Below, in pieces: positions 27,093 through 37,371 of a stretch of DNA of 64,000 nt (its first letter is position 1; every line of letters begins with the position of its first letter). Under the pieces are notes generated by a model. It was given only the letters and a program-made list of their open reading frames with translations. It was not told where the DNA came from and did not search any database. The stretch is taken from the NCBI GenBank assembly GCA_033809755.1, contig JAPXLB010000001.1, forward strand, positions 158,563 to 222,562, read 5' to 3'. The translations under genes were made by a program, and so were the position numbers. The stretch is from Lentimicrobiaceae bacterium (GTDB taxonomy: Bacteria; Bacteroidota; Bacteroidia; Bacteroidales; UBA4417).

Positions 27093-29807
27093 ATGAATAT
27101 ACCTGATTTATTTTCGCAATCGTCCAATAAAGTTGAGGTTTCCAACTCAAAGGGTAAATACGATAACATTCTAGAAAATAGAGAAAGGCCGGATTTAAAT
27201 GCCGACAATGTAAATAAAGAAACAGAAACCGTTAATATGAAAAAGAAAGTTGCCGAGCAAGCGACAAAGAAAAAAGTTATGAATGAGCCGTACAGCGATG
27301 AAGAAGTATCGTTGGCGTCGGAGAAATATTTTAAGGGTGATAAATTAGCAGCCGATGTTTGGAAAAACAAATATTCGCTGAAAGACAGTAAAGGCAACAT
27401 ATACGAGAAAACTCCCGACGATATGCACCACAGGATAGCTTCGGAAATTGCTCGTATAGAAAGCAAGTATCCGAACCCATTGTCGCATGAGCAGGTATTT
27501 GAACTGATTAGAGATTTTAGGTACATCATTCCGCAAGGAAGTCCTATGGCAGGTATAGGCAACGATTTTCAGGTTTCATCATTGTCAAACTGCTTTGTAA
27601 TAGGTAGCGATTTGAATTCCGATTCGTACGGAGGCATTTTAAGAGTCGATCAGGAGCAAGTCCAGTTAATGAAGCGTCGCGGAGGCGTTGGACACGACCT
27701 TTCGCATATACGTCCTGCAGGCAGCGAAGTTAAAAACAGCGCACTGACATCAACAGGTATTGTTCCATTTATGGAAAGATACAGTAATTCCACACGCGAG
27801 GTCGCTCAAGACGGACGTAGAGGAGCTTTGATGTTGTCGATTTCGGTAAAACACCCCGATAGTTTAGACTTTATCGACGCCAAATTGGAGCAAAATAAAG
27901 TTACGGGAGCTAATATTTCCGTCAAACTTGACGACGAATTCATGAATGCCGTCAAAAACAACACTAAATACGTACAACAATATCCTATCAATAGCGACAA
28001 ACCTAAGGTTAGAAAAGAAGTTGACCCCAAGAAAATTTGGGATAAAATTATACATAACGCATGGAAATCGGCTGAGCCGGGAGTGCTTTTTTGGGATACT
28101 ATAATTAGAGAATCCTTACCCGATTGCTACGCCGATTTAGGTTTTAAAACACTCAGTACCAATCCCTGCGGAGAAATACCGCTTTGTCCGTACGATAGCT
28201 GCCGATTGCTGGCTATCAACTTATACAGCTACGTTGATAATCCGTTTACCGACGAAGCCAAATTCGATTTCGAAAAATTTGCAAACCACTCGCAAGTTGC
28301 TCTACGAATGATGGACGACATCATCGACCTTGAAATGGAAAAGATTGATAAAATTCTTGAAAAAATTGAGAGCGACCCCGAAGATGACGAAACCAAGAGA
28401 GTAGAAAAGAATTTGTGGTTGAATATTAAAGATAAAACCCTAAAAGGACGTCGTACCGGTATTGGTATCACTGCCGAAGGCGATATGCTTGCAGCAATGG
28501 GATTGCGTTACGGAACCGACGAAGCCACCGATTTCAGCGTTGAGGTTCATAAATGCTTGGCTACAAATGTTTACAAGTCTTCGGTAGAATTGGCTAAGGA
28601 AAGAGGAGCATTTTCGATTTACGATTTCAATCGCGAAGCAAATAATCCGTTTATAAATAGAATTTTCGACGCAGTTCCCGGACTTAAAGAGGAAATGCAG
28701 AAATACGGACGACGCAATATCAGCATGCTTACCATTGCTCCCACAGGCAGTGTAAGCATTTGTACTCAAACCACATCGGGTATTGAGCCCGTATTTAATG
28801 TTGCGTACAAACGCCGCCGAAAAGTTAATCCCAACGAAAAAGACGTTAACGTTACTTTTGTTGACGAAATCGGCGATTCGTGGGAAGAATACAATGTTTT
28901 CCACCCCAAATTTGAAGAATGGCTTAGGATTAAAGGCTACGACTTCAGCGAAGTTGTAAACATGGGAAAAGAGGAGCTTGATAAAATTATAGAAGTATCG
29001 CCGTACTACAAAGCTACGAGCAACGATATTGATTGGGTTGCAAAAGTAAAAATGCAAGGTGCAGTCCAAAAATGGGTTGACCATTCTATTAGCGTTACCG
29101 TAAACTTGCCCAACAATGTTTCTCAGGAACTTGTGAGCGAAGTGTATAAAACAGCTTGGGAATCGGGCTGTAAAGGAATGACAATATACAGAGACGGCTC
29201 ACGTTCGGGAGTTTTGGTTAGCAACGACGATGATGATAAAAACGAAACGGATTTCCGCGAAACTAACGCTCCAAAACGTCCCAAAGAATTGGAAGTTGAA
29301 ATTGTAAGATTTGTCAACGAAAAGGAAAAATGGATAGCCTTTGTGGGACTATTAGACGAAAGACCTTACGAAATATTTACCGGTAAAAGTTCCGATTTCT
29401 ATATCCCCGACTACGTACATAAAGGTTGGGTTATCAGGATTAAAAACAAAAATATGGAAAGCGCCAGATACGACTTCGAATATGAAGACAACTACGGCTA
29501 CAGAGTTACGCACCGTGGTTTGTCGCGTTCGTTCAACAAAGAGTACTGGAACTACGCCAAACTTATTTCCGGAATTTTGCGACACGGTATGCCTTTGCAA
29601 TATGTAGTCGAGCTTGTTGATAATTTAAGCTTCGACAGCGATAGCATTACAACTTGGAAAAACGGAGTTGTAAGAGCCCTAACCAAATTCGTCCCCGACG
29701 GAACCAAGGTAGATAAAGTCTGCCCCGAATGTAACCAAGCCGACACCCTAATTTTTAAAGAAGGCTGCGTAACCTGTATAAATTGCGCTTATAGCAGGTG
29801 CGGGTAG
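27093..29807 (+). CDS. nrdJ: Adenosylcobalamin-dependent (class II) ribonucleotide reductase
   Basis: SLSNCFV, RRGA, TNPCGEIPL, IAPTG, SGIEP and KGMTIYRDGSR; C-terminal PYEIF domain and CPEC..CINC. The start may be 27093 or 27237. Confidence 0.95.
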   Translation: MNIPDLFSQSSNKVEVSNSKGKYDNILENRERPDLNADNVNKETETVNMKKKVAEQATKKKVMNEPYSDEEVSLASEKYFKGDKLAADVWKNKYSLKDSKGNIYEKTPDDMHHRIASEIARIESKYPNPLSHEQVFELIRDFRYIIPQGSPMAGIGNDFQVSSLSNCFVIGSDLNSDSYGGILRVDQEQVQLMKRRGGVGHDLSHIRPAGSEVKNSALTSTGIVPFMERYSNSTREVAQDGRRGALMLSISVKHPDSLDFIDAKLEQNKVTGANISVKLDDEFMNAVKNNTKYVQQYPINSDKPKVRKEVDPKKIWDKIIHNAWKSAEPGVLFWDTIIRESLPDCYADLGFKTLSTNPCGEIPLCPYDSCRLLAINLYSYVDNPFTDEAKFDFEKFANHSQVALRMMDDIIDLEMEKIDKILEKIESDPEDDETKRVEKNLWLNIKDKTLKGRRTGIGITAEGDMLAAMGLRYGTDEATDFSVEVHKCLATNVYKSSVELAKERGAFSIYDFNREANNPFINRIFDAVPGLKEEMQKYGRRNISMLTIAPTGSVSICTQTTSGIEPVFNVAYKRRRKVNPNEKDVNVTFVDEIGDSWEEYNVFHPKFEEWLRIKGYDFSEVVNMGKEELDKIIEVSPYYKATSNDIDWVAKVKMQGAVQKWVDHSISVTVNLPNNVSQELVSEVYKTAWESGCKGMTIYRDGSRSGVLVSNDDDDKNETDFRETNAPKRPKELEVEIVRFVNEKEKWIAFVGLLDERPYEIFTGKSSDFYIPDYVHKGWVIRIKNKNMESARYDFEYEDNYGYRVTHRGLSRSFNKEYWNYAKLISGILRHGMPLQYVVELVDNLSFDSDSITTWKNGVVRALTKFVPDGTKVDKVCPECNQADTLIFKEGCVTCINCAYSRCG

Positions 29808-30020
29808 GGGTGGATGAGGTGATTTTTTAGATATTTGTAATAATTATTGAAAATGATATCCTTGTAAAATAGGAGTATTGTGGGTCTAGTGTTTATAAAA
29901 GTTGTATATTTGTACGGTAAACTACAAGTTGTGTGCAATTTCGTGGAAACATAGTTTATTTTGATGTATATGAAAAAGCTTTTGAGATTGTAACATTGTA
30001 AACTAGAAATCATAGTAGAA

Positions 30021-30956
30021 ATGTTGGTTGGACAAACATACAAACTAAAAAAAATAAAATCACCCCTGAATTATATTGGCGGAAAGGTGAAGTTATTAGA
30101 TCAAATTTTGCCTCTTTTTCCACAAGGGATTGATAATTTTATAGATTTATTTTGTGGTGGTTGTAATGTTGGCATAAATGTGAATGCAAACAAAATTCAT
30201 TTCAATGATAATCTAATTTACTTGATTGAGATGTACAAAGTGTTTCAACAGAAAAGCATAGAAGATACTCTACGCCACATTGAAAAGCGAATTAACGAAT
30301 TTGACTTGTCTTTGACAAACGAAAAAGGATATAAAAACTTAAGAAACAAATACAACAAACTAAGAAATCCTCTAGATTTATTTGTTTTGATTGCTTTCTC
30401 TTTCAATCATCAAATACGCTTTAATAATAGCCATGATTTTAATAATCCTTTTGGGCGAGAGCGTAGTAGTTTTAATCCAAGAATGCGACAAAACTTGGTA
30501 AATTTTATCCTTGCCATTAAAGAAAAGGATGTGCATTTTTCAAGCCAAGATTTCGATAAATTTAATTTTGAAAAACTAAGTAATAAAGATTTTGTTTACG
30601 CAGACCCGCCTTATTTAATAACTTGCGGAACGTATAATGATGGAAAGAGAGGGTTTAAAGGTTGGTCGGAAAGAGAAGAAAAAACATTGTTGAAGAGGCT
30701 TGATAATCTTAATGAACTGGGAGTTAAATTTGCGTTATCCAATGTTTTAGAACATAAAGGAAAAGAAAATAGTATATTAAAAGCGTGGGTACACAACCAG
30801 TCAAGCTATATTGTTAATTATTTAAATATCAATTATTCAAATTCGAACTATCAAACTATCGTGCGTGATAGAAAGGCAAGCGTCGAAGTTTTGATAACGA
30901 ATTACAAGCCCCAAAAACCAAAACAAAAATCAACACTTTTTGATGACTTATATTAA
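30021..30956 (+). CDS. N6-adenine DNA methyltransferase (D12 class; resembles the M.FokI C-terminal domain)
   Basis: KSPLNYIGGK, DLFCGG, FNHQIRFN..FNNPFG, YADPPY and EVLITNY motifs. Confidence 0.9.
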   Translation: MLVGQTYKLKKIKSPLNYIGGKVKLLDQILPLFPQGIDNFIDLFCGGCNVGINVNANKIHFNDNLIYLIEMYKVFQQKSIEDTLRHIEKRINEFDLSLTNEKGYKNLRNKYNKLRNPLDLFVLIAFSFNHQIRFNNSHDFNNPFGRERSSFNPRMRQNLVNFILAIKEKDVHFSSQDFDKFNFEKLSNKDFVYADPPYLITCGTYNDGKRGFKGWSEREEKTLLKRLDNLNELGVKFALSNVLEHKGKENSILKAWVHNQSSYIVNYLNINYSNSNYQTIVRDRKASVEVLITNYKPQKPKQKSTLFDDLY

Positions 30957-30959
30957 TTT

Positions 30960-32021
30960 ATGAGGTATATTGGTAATAAAGAAAACTTGCTTGAAAAAAT
31001 ATATCAAGTAATGCAGTCAAAAAATATTAATGGAAATTCTTTTTTTGATTTCTTTTCAGGTACAGCAAATGTTGGCAAGTTTTTCAAAAAACTAAATTAC
31101 CAGATTTATTCTTCCGATTTGCTATATTTTTCTTATGTCCTACAACGAACATATATTGAGAACAACGTGGAATTACAATTCGAAAAGTTGATGAATACAC
31201 TAAATTATAAAAGTAGAACTTTACTAGCCTCACCTTTGTACATTATATTAGAATACCTTAATCAGATAGAGCCGATAAATGGGTTTATTGCTCAAAACTA
31301 CACTCCAAGTGGAACACAACACTTAGAAATTCCCAGAATGTATTATTCAGATGAGAATGGAAAAATTATTGATGCAATCCGTCAGCAAATTGAAAATTGG
31401 AAAGTAGAAAATTTAATTTCAGAAAGTGAATATTTTGCTCTGTTGGCGTGTTTAATTGAAACAGTACCGTATTATGCTAACATTGCAGGCGTTTATGCCG
31501 CATTTCATAAAAAATGGGATCCAAGAGCAGTTAAAAAATTAGTATTACGTCCAATTGAATTTGTGATAAATAATTTTGATAATCATTGTTATAACGAAGA
31601 CTCAGTTAACCTGCTTGATAAAATAGAAGCAGATATTTTTTACTTAGACCCACCATACAACCAACGACAATATGCCCCCAACTACCATTTATTAGAGACA
31701 ATTGCAAAATATGACAATCCAGATATTAAAGGCGTTACAGGAATAAGGGCGAATTATGAAAATCAAAAATCTAAATTTTGTAATGCAATGACAGCACTGC
31801 AGGAATTAGAAAAAATTGCAAAATTTGGGAAATACAGCACTTTGATTTTAAGTTATAACAACGAAGGTATTATGCCACAAGAAGAAATAATCTCAATATT
31901 ACAAACTTTTGGAAAAGTTGATTTAATTGAGTTTGATTATACTCGTTATAAAAGTAACAGTAGGGGAAGAAGTAAACACAGAAAAATGGTTAAAGAACAA
32001 CTTTATATTCTACAACGATGA
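30960..32021 (+). CDS. N6-adenine DNA methyltransferase (D12 class; resembles the M.FokI N-terminal domain)
   Basis: MRYIGNK, DFFSGT, RMYY, LDPPYNQRQY..NYHLLETIA and SYNNEG motifs. Confidence 0.9.
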   Translation: MRYIGNKENLLEKIYQVMQSKNINGNSFFDFFSGTANVGKFFKKLNYQIYSSDLLYFSYVLQRTYIENNVELQFEKLMNTLNYKSRTLLASPLYIILEYLNQIEPINGFIAQNYTPSGTQHLEIPRMYYSDENGKIIDAIRQQIENWKVENLISESEYFALLACLIETVPYYANIAGVYAAFHKKWDPRAVKKLVLRPIEFVINNFDNHCYNEDSVNLLDKIEADIFYLDPPYNQRQYAPNYHLLETIAKYDNPDIKGVTGIRANYENQKSKFCNAMTALQELEKIAKFGKYSTLILSYNNEGIMPQEEIISILQTFGKVDLIEFDYTRYKSNSRGRSKHRKMVKEQLYILQR

Positions 32022-33406
32022 AAAAAAATCTTTGGTTTTTAACGGAGGAACGCCCCAAAAAGGAAGTTTTGGCTACTATATTTAAAAAATTCGCTGAGGA
32101 CAATGGTTTTGCTGTTTTTATTGATGTTATCCGCATTTTTCCAATTTTAGAAAATGATAAGTTCACGTTTACTTATGAAGTAGCAGGTTTTCGTTGCAAC
32201 AAAGTAAATCGTGTTTTTGTGAAAACAGTTTCAGGGAGTTCTAGTTTTGTAGATTTTATTATATTTTATCAAGAAAACGAGCCCACACAAAAAGACCAAC
32301 CAATTTATGTCATTGAAGAAACAAAAACAGACGATAGTGAAAGTCGAAACACCGGAGTTTATCAGCGTTGCACTAAATTTGTTTTCGTTGATAATTATTT
32401 TCCAAATGCGAAGAAAATAATGCTTTACCAATTGCAAGTTGAGCAAAAAGAAAATCCAACTGAAACTTATATTTTTGGGACAAGATTATTACTAACATTG
32501 GGCGTAGAGATTTTAGGTAAAAAGCTAAATGAGGAAATCTTTACGCCATTCAAAAATATTGATGAAATTATCGCTTTCAAAGACAATATGCGAAAGGCGC
32601 CAAAAGGGAACGTCCCAATTTTGCTAACAAAATCAAAAAATTGCATAGAAATTTCGGGGCGTTTGTATAAAAGTGGCGGACTTTCACACGACCCAAATAT
32701 TGGTGCATTGTCAATTATTTCTGCAGTTCTGCGTAAATTAGGTTGGAATAAAAAAATAGAAATCACACAACATGGGTTGGAGCAGAGACATGTTGGAAAA
32801 GACAATAAATTCATTCAAATAGCAAATAAGTTAAATATTTTGTTATATGGCTTAATGGTTCCAAAAGTTCAAATGAATGAGAATTATTGGAAATACGATC
32901 TTGATGGAGAGAAACTTGGAACAATTTTTATTCATTTGGTAGTTGAGAATTTTGCTAATGGGTATTCTATTTTTGAAAATCACGCAGGTTGTGAAAAAGG
33001 TTATTTTATTCCATTGGAAGGCGACCCAATTCCACTTGCAAAGTACAAAGATCGTGAGAAATATAAGGCAGGAGACAAGTCGCAAATTATAAATATTCCT
33101 GATTTGGTTTTACTCGATTTATCGAACAAAATTGTAATTGATATTGAAGGTAAAAAGTATCAATTCCGAAAAAAGGGAATAGAAGAACTTGCCCTTTATG
33201 ATGCTTTTGATGAAATATATGTCCAAAAGCACTATCCAAAATCAAAAATAGTAAGGACTGTGGTGTTATATGGAAGTGAAGAGGAGAAAATTGTCGAAAT
33301 AGAAGTCGGTTTTTTGCTTAATCAAAACGGAAAATTAATTTTGGGAGTAAAAGCACCAAAAATATTTAGGGAAGCAATAAAAAATTTATTAGATTTTTGG
33401 AGCTAA
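32018..33406 (+). CDS. Putative Type IIS restriction endonuclease
   Basis: ATGA overlap with the second MTase; E-X14-QR (EETKTDDSESRNTGVYQR) and PD-X14-EGK (IPDLVLLDLSNKIVIDIEGK) motifs. Confidence 0.7.
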   Translation: MKKNLWFLTEERPKKEVLATIFKKFAEDNGFAVFIDVIRIFPILENDKFTFTYEVAGFRCNKVNRVFVKTVSGSSSFVDFIIFYQENEPTQKDQPIYVIEETKTDDSESRNTGVYQRCTKFVFVDNYFPNAKKIMLYQLQVEQKENPTETYIFGTRLLLTLGVEILGKKLNEEIFTPFKNIDEIIAFKDNMRKAPKGNVPILLTKSKNCIEISGRLYKSGGLSHDPNIGALSIISAVLRKLGWNKKIEITQHGLEQRHVGKDNKFIQIANKLNILLYGLMVPKVQMNENYWKYDLDGEKLGTIFIHLVVENFANGYSIFENHAGCEKGYFIPLEGDPIPLAKYKDREKYKAGDKSQIINIPDLVLLDLSNKIVIDIEGKKYQFRKKGIEELALYDAFDEIYVQKHYPKSKIVRTVVLYGSEEEKIVEIEVGFLLNQNGKLILGVKAPKIFREAIKNLLDFWS

Positions 33407-33448
33407 TAAGGTAGGATAAAAAATATCACAAAGTACAACTTAAAACAC

Positions 33449-33482
33449 AAAAAAAAGAGGATAACCTCAATTACCCTCTTTT
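33449..33482. terminator. Probable bidirectional intrinsic terminator
   Basis: A-run, AGAGGATAA, loop, TTACCCTCT, T-run; lies between convergent genes. Confidence 0.6.
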
Positions 33483-33503
33483 ATATCACGACAAATTTAA
33501 ATT

Positions 33504-34025
33504 TTATTTCTGCTGTTCAATCAAATCGCGGACAACCTGAATAAGTTCTAATTCGGCTCCTTCGCTGAAACTTGTGTGTTGCCATACAACTTCGCCTTTT
33601 CCGTTTACCACAAAGGTATGAGGAACAGCATTAACATTCATAGCCCTTTTAAAATCGGAGTTTACGTCAAGCAAAATATCGTATTCCCAGCCCTTGCCGT
33701 TGCATAAGGTTTTTACCTGAGCCGACGAACGCGAATCGTCAACCGAAACGGCATATATCTTAACGCCGGTTTCGTCTTGCCAATCTTCGTAAACTTCGGC
33801 AATAGCCGTTAATTCTTTTATACATGGCTTGCACCAAGTAGCCCAAAAGCTGATGATGTACGGGTTGCCATCGTTGTTCAACTCTTTGGTGTTAATTTTA
33901 TTTCCCTGCATGTCGGTAACAGTAATGGAAGGCACCGAGAACAAAGGTTTTAGCTCCTTATTTTGAGCTGTAATTATTCCTGAAAATAAAACTGAAACAA
34001 TTAGTATTAAAAGTGTTTTTCTCAT
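33504..34025 (-). CDS. TlpA family thiol-disulfide oxidoreductase
   Basis: Signal peptide, FWATWCKPCIKE, AVSVD and VPHTFVV motifs. Confidence 0.9.
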   Translation of the reverse strand: MRKTLLILIVSVLFSGIITAQNKELKPLFSVPSITVTDMQGNKINTKELNNDGNPYIISFWATWCKPCIKELTAIAEVYEDWQDETGVKIYAVSVDDSRSSAQVKTLCNGKGWEYDILLDVNSDFKRAMNVNAVPHTFVVNGKGEVVWQHTSFSEGAELELIQVVRDLIEQQK

Positions 34026-35025
34026 AGTGTTTATATTTATTTGTTTGGATAAAAATTTCTAAAAACGATGCTTCTCCTTTGCTTTCTATTTCAACTTCGG
34101 TAATATTTGCAGGTATCAGAACAAGTTCGCCGAAATTAAGTGTTTCCTTGTGCTTGTTGTTATCGCAAATGCTGATATTACCTTCGGTACACAACAAAAT
34201 AACAAATGAGTCTATATCGGTGTAATCTTTTACAATTCTTGTGCCAAGATTATTATATACAACCGCAAAATGCTTATCGTTAACTATCAGTTCGTGAGAG
34301 TTTTTGATATTATAGGTACTTTTTACAAAAGAATTATTTTCGTCAAAATCAATGACTTCCAAAGCTTGTTTGGTGTGCAGTTCGCGTAAATTTCCGTTTT
34401 TGTCTTCTCTGTTATAATCGTAAATCCTGTAGGTTGCATCGCTTGCCTGCTGTATTTCAAAAAGAAGTATATCAGGTCCAATAGCGTGAACAACGCCTGC
34501 CGGAATAAAAATAACATCTCCTTTTTTTACGGTTTTATACTCCAAAATATCGGTAATATTGCCGCTGTTTAGGTGTTTATTGTAGATATCTGGGTTTATC
34601 TTTTTGTTGAAACCAGCAATCAGCTGCGAATTATCTTTCGCATCGGCTATGTACCACATTTCGGTTTTGCCGTTGTACATATCGTTTCTTTCGGCGTAGT
34701 CGTCGTTGGGGTGCACCTGAACCGACAACCATTCGTTTGCATCAATGGCTTTAATGAGTAAGGGAAAAGTGTTTTCAAATTCGCTGTAAACACTGTCGCC
34801 AACCAATTCGTCCATGTATATTTCTATAATATCACCAAGAGAATTACCTTTTAAAAAGCCGTTTTTTATGATAGTATCGTTTTCGTCAAAACTACTTAAA
34901 AGCCACGCTTCTCCGCAGTTTGACGCAGGTGCCGAGCCGTACTTCAAAACGGAATTTATTTTGTTGCCACCCCAAATTTTTTCTTTAAAAATCGGCTTAA
35001 ATTTCAGAGGATATAAGTTATTCAT
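33958..35025 (-). CDS. manA: Mannose-6-phosphate isomerase, class I
   Basis: KIWGG, GEAW, FPLLIK, LSVQVHP, KTEMWY, HAIG and EIQQASDATYR; start MNNLYP at 35025. Confidence 0.9.
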   Translation of the reverse strand: MNNLYPLKFKPIFKEKIWGGNKINSVLKYGSAPASNCGEAWLLSSFDENDTIIKNGFLKGNSLGDIIEIYMDELVGDSVYSEFENTFPLLIKAIDANEWLSVQVHPNDDYAERNDMYNGKTEMWYIADAKDNSQLIAGFNKKINPDIYNKHLNSGNITDILEYKTVKKGDVIFIPAGVVHAIGPDILLFEIQQASDATYRIYDYNREDKNGNLRELHTKQALEVIDFDENNSFVKSTYNIKNSHELIVNDKHFAVVYNNLGTRIVKDYTDIDSFVILLCTEGNISICDNNKHKETLNFGELVLIPANITEVEIESKGEASFLEIFIQTNKYKHYEKNTFNTNCFSFIFRNNYSSK

Positions 35026-35140
35026 AGTGTTTTTTCGCAGGCTCAAAATTAATAAGTTATTTAAAATAAAGGTCAAAAAACCAACAAATTACTATCTTTG
35101 CTGACTTCATACTGTAAAAGTACAAAAATACTAAGGAAAT

Positions 35141-36940
35141 ATGAATACAAACAAGTTACGCTTTTTATTATACTTTTTCATATTTATTGCTTTTAGTCGC
35201 AATGTTGCTGTGTCGCAAGGACTTACCGGTTCTATTTTGGTTGAGGATTTAAAGCAAGAAATATACTTTTTAGCTTCCGATTCTTTGAAAGGAAGATTGC
35301 CGGGCACTCCCGAGAGCTTAATTGCAGCGCAATACATAGCCGATTGCTTTGAAAATGCAGGATTATTCTTGCACAACGATAACGGTATGCAAAATTTTAA
35401 AATCATTACGGATGTAAAGGTTGACGACAAAACGTATTTAAAAATTGGTAAAACCAAACTTGTTGTCGGAGAAGACTTTACGCCAATGTCGTTTTCAGCA
35501 AACAAGAAACTCAGTAAAAAAGTTGCCTTTGTCGGTTACGGCTTTGATATCGATACCGATGATTTTAAATGGAACGACTACTCCAATGTTGATGTTAAAG
35601 ACAAGTGGGTAATAGTTTTGAGAGGTTTTCCTGAAAAAGAGGAATACGCTAAACATTTTGAAGATTTTGCTTCCGATAGAAGTAGGGCAGTAATTGCACG
35701 AGACAAAGGTGCTGCAGGCGTTTTGTTCGTTACTCCCAAAAGCATAAACGAGACCGATGAGTTGTTACATCTTAGCTACGACAGATCGCCGTCAGATGCA
35801 GGAATACCCGTCGCTAATATTAAAAGAAGTATAGCCGATTTGATTCTTAAATCGTCAAACACCACAATTGAACAACTTGAGCAAAGTATTTTAACAAAAA
35901 ATTCACCTGCATCGTTCAGTACCAAACAGAAAGCGAAAGCTTATGTTGGAGTAGTAAAGCAAGAATCGGATGTGCAAAATGTTATTGCTGTAATTGAAGG
36001 CGGAAATCCCGATTTTAAGCACGAATATATTGTTGTGGGTGCTCACTACGACCACTTAGGTTTTGGCGGTGTCGGTAGCGGTTCCAGAACTCCCGATTTG
36101 CACAAAGTTCATAACGGAGCCGACGACAACGCATCGGGTGTGGCGGGATTGATAGAGTTGGCTCATAATATTTCCAACAAAAAATCTCGTCCAGACAGAA
36201 GTATTTTATTTATTGCCTTCGATGCCGAAGAAATGGGTTTGCTTGGTTCTAAAGAGTTTATCAATAATCCGACTGTGCCTTTGAGCAATATCAAGGCAAT
36301 GATTAATATGGATATGATTGGAAGGTTAGATTCTGAGAAAAATGCTATTTCGGTTGGTGGAACCAAAACATCGTTGGAGGCGGAAGGCATTTTGGATAAG
36401 CTAAAAGAAAATGTTTCATTCAAGGTAAATTATTCGCCCGACGGTTACGGTCCTTCCGATCACGCATCGTTTTACGCGGCAAATATTCCGGTTTTTTACT
36501 TTACCACAGGTGCTCATGAGTTGTATCACACTCCCGACGATGATGCCGAGTACATCAACTACGAAAGCGAAGTGGAAATTTTAAACATGATACGCGATTT
36601 AATCGAAGTGCTTGCCAATAAGGATACGCATCTTACTTATCAGCAGTACGGAACTCCGCAAAAAGCTAATCATCGTTATAAGCTTAAAGTTACTTTAGGT
36701 ATTGTTCCCGATATGGTTTCGGCAGATAGCAACGGACTTAGAGTTGACGGTGTTAGAAATGGTGGAGCGGCTGACAACGCAGGAATTGTAAAAGGCGACC
36801 TTATTGTTGCAATTAACGGCATGCCTATTACCAATATATACGACTACATGGCGAGACTTAAGCAACTTAAAGCCGGCGATAGAGTTAATGTTGAATACAT
36901 TAGAAACAATAAAAAGGAAATAACGATTATTCAATTTTAA
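35141..36940 (+). CDS. M28 family aminopeptidase with PA and PDZ domains
   Basis: GAHYDHLG, GADDNASG, AEEMGLLGS, NMDMIG, SDHASF and YHTPDD; C-terminal LGIVPD...GD PDZ; TATCTTTG promoter at 35093-35100. Confidence 0.92.
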   Translation: MNTNKLRFLLYFFIFIAFSRNVAVSQGLTGSILVEDLKQEIYFLASDSLKGRLPGTPESLIAAQYIADCFENAGLFLHNDNGMQNFKIITDVKVDDKTYLKIGKTKLVVGEDFTPMSFSANKKLSKKVAFVGYGFDIDTDDFKWNDYSNVDVKDKWVIVLRGFPEKEEYAKHFEDFASDRSRAVIARDKGAAGVLFVTPKSINETDELLHLSYDRSPSDAGIPVANIKRSIADLILKSSNTTIEQLEQSILTKNSPASFSTKQKAKAYVGVVKQESDVQNVIAVIEGGNPDFKHEYIVVGAHYDHLGFGGVGSGSRTPDLHKVHNGADDNASGVAGLIELAHNISNKKSRPDRSILFIAFDAEEMGLLGSKEFINNPTVPLSNIKAMINMDMIGRLDSEKNAISVGGTKTSLEAEGILDKLKENVSFKVNYSPDGYGPSDHASFYAANIPVFYFTTGAHELYHTPDDDAEYINYESEVEILNMIRDLIEVLANKDTHLTYQQYGTPQKANHRYKLKVTLGIVPDMVSADSNGLRVDGVRNGGAADNAGIVKGDLIVAINGMPITNIYDYMARLKQLKAGDRVNVEYIRNNKKEITIIQF

Positions 36941-36951
36941 TATTGTGTTTT

Positions 36952-37341
36952 ATGGTTATTGATAAGTTTTTGATTTTAAAGTTTTTGAAGTTTGGAGTTG
37001 TTGGAGGCAGCGGAGTTATAGTCGATTTTGGAGTTACGTATCTTTGTAAGGAAAAACTTCGCATTCAAAAATATGTTTCAAATGCCATCGGCTTTACAGT
37101 TGCAGCTACTACAAACTATATTTTAAATCGTATATGGACTTTCCAGAGCAATAATCCGCAAATTGGCAGAGAATATTTGTCGTTTATAATAATTTCTTTG
37201 ATAGGATTAGCAATAAACACTTTTATTCTTTGGGTATTGCACAAAAAATTCGGGTGGAACTTTTACCTGTCCAAGCTGTTTGCAATTGGTGTTGTAACGA
37301 TTTGGAACTTTTTCGCCAATTTACTAATAACCTTTGCGTAA
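36952..37341 (+). CDS. GtrA family membrane protein
   Basis: KFGVVG, VDFG, NYILNRIWTF and WNF motifs; four TM segments. Confidence 0.9.
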   Translation: MVIDKFLILKFLKFGVVGGSGVIVDFGVTYLCKEKLRIQKYVSNAIGFTVAATTNYILNRIWTFQSNNPQIGREYLSFIIISLIGLAINTFILWVLHKKFGWNFYLSKLFAIGVVTIWNFFANLLITFA

Positions 37342-37371
37342 ATTGATTTTATTGTTGTGTTATAGATATGT

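Noticed and set aside
29789..30043. Controller (C) protein for the R-M system
   Set aside because: The 84-aa antisense ORF has no HTH pattern and no C-box was evident.
30021..30956. Orphan Dam (GATC) methylase
   Set aside because: It is paired with a second MTase and a nuclease, and resembles the M.FokI-type domain more than Dam.
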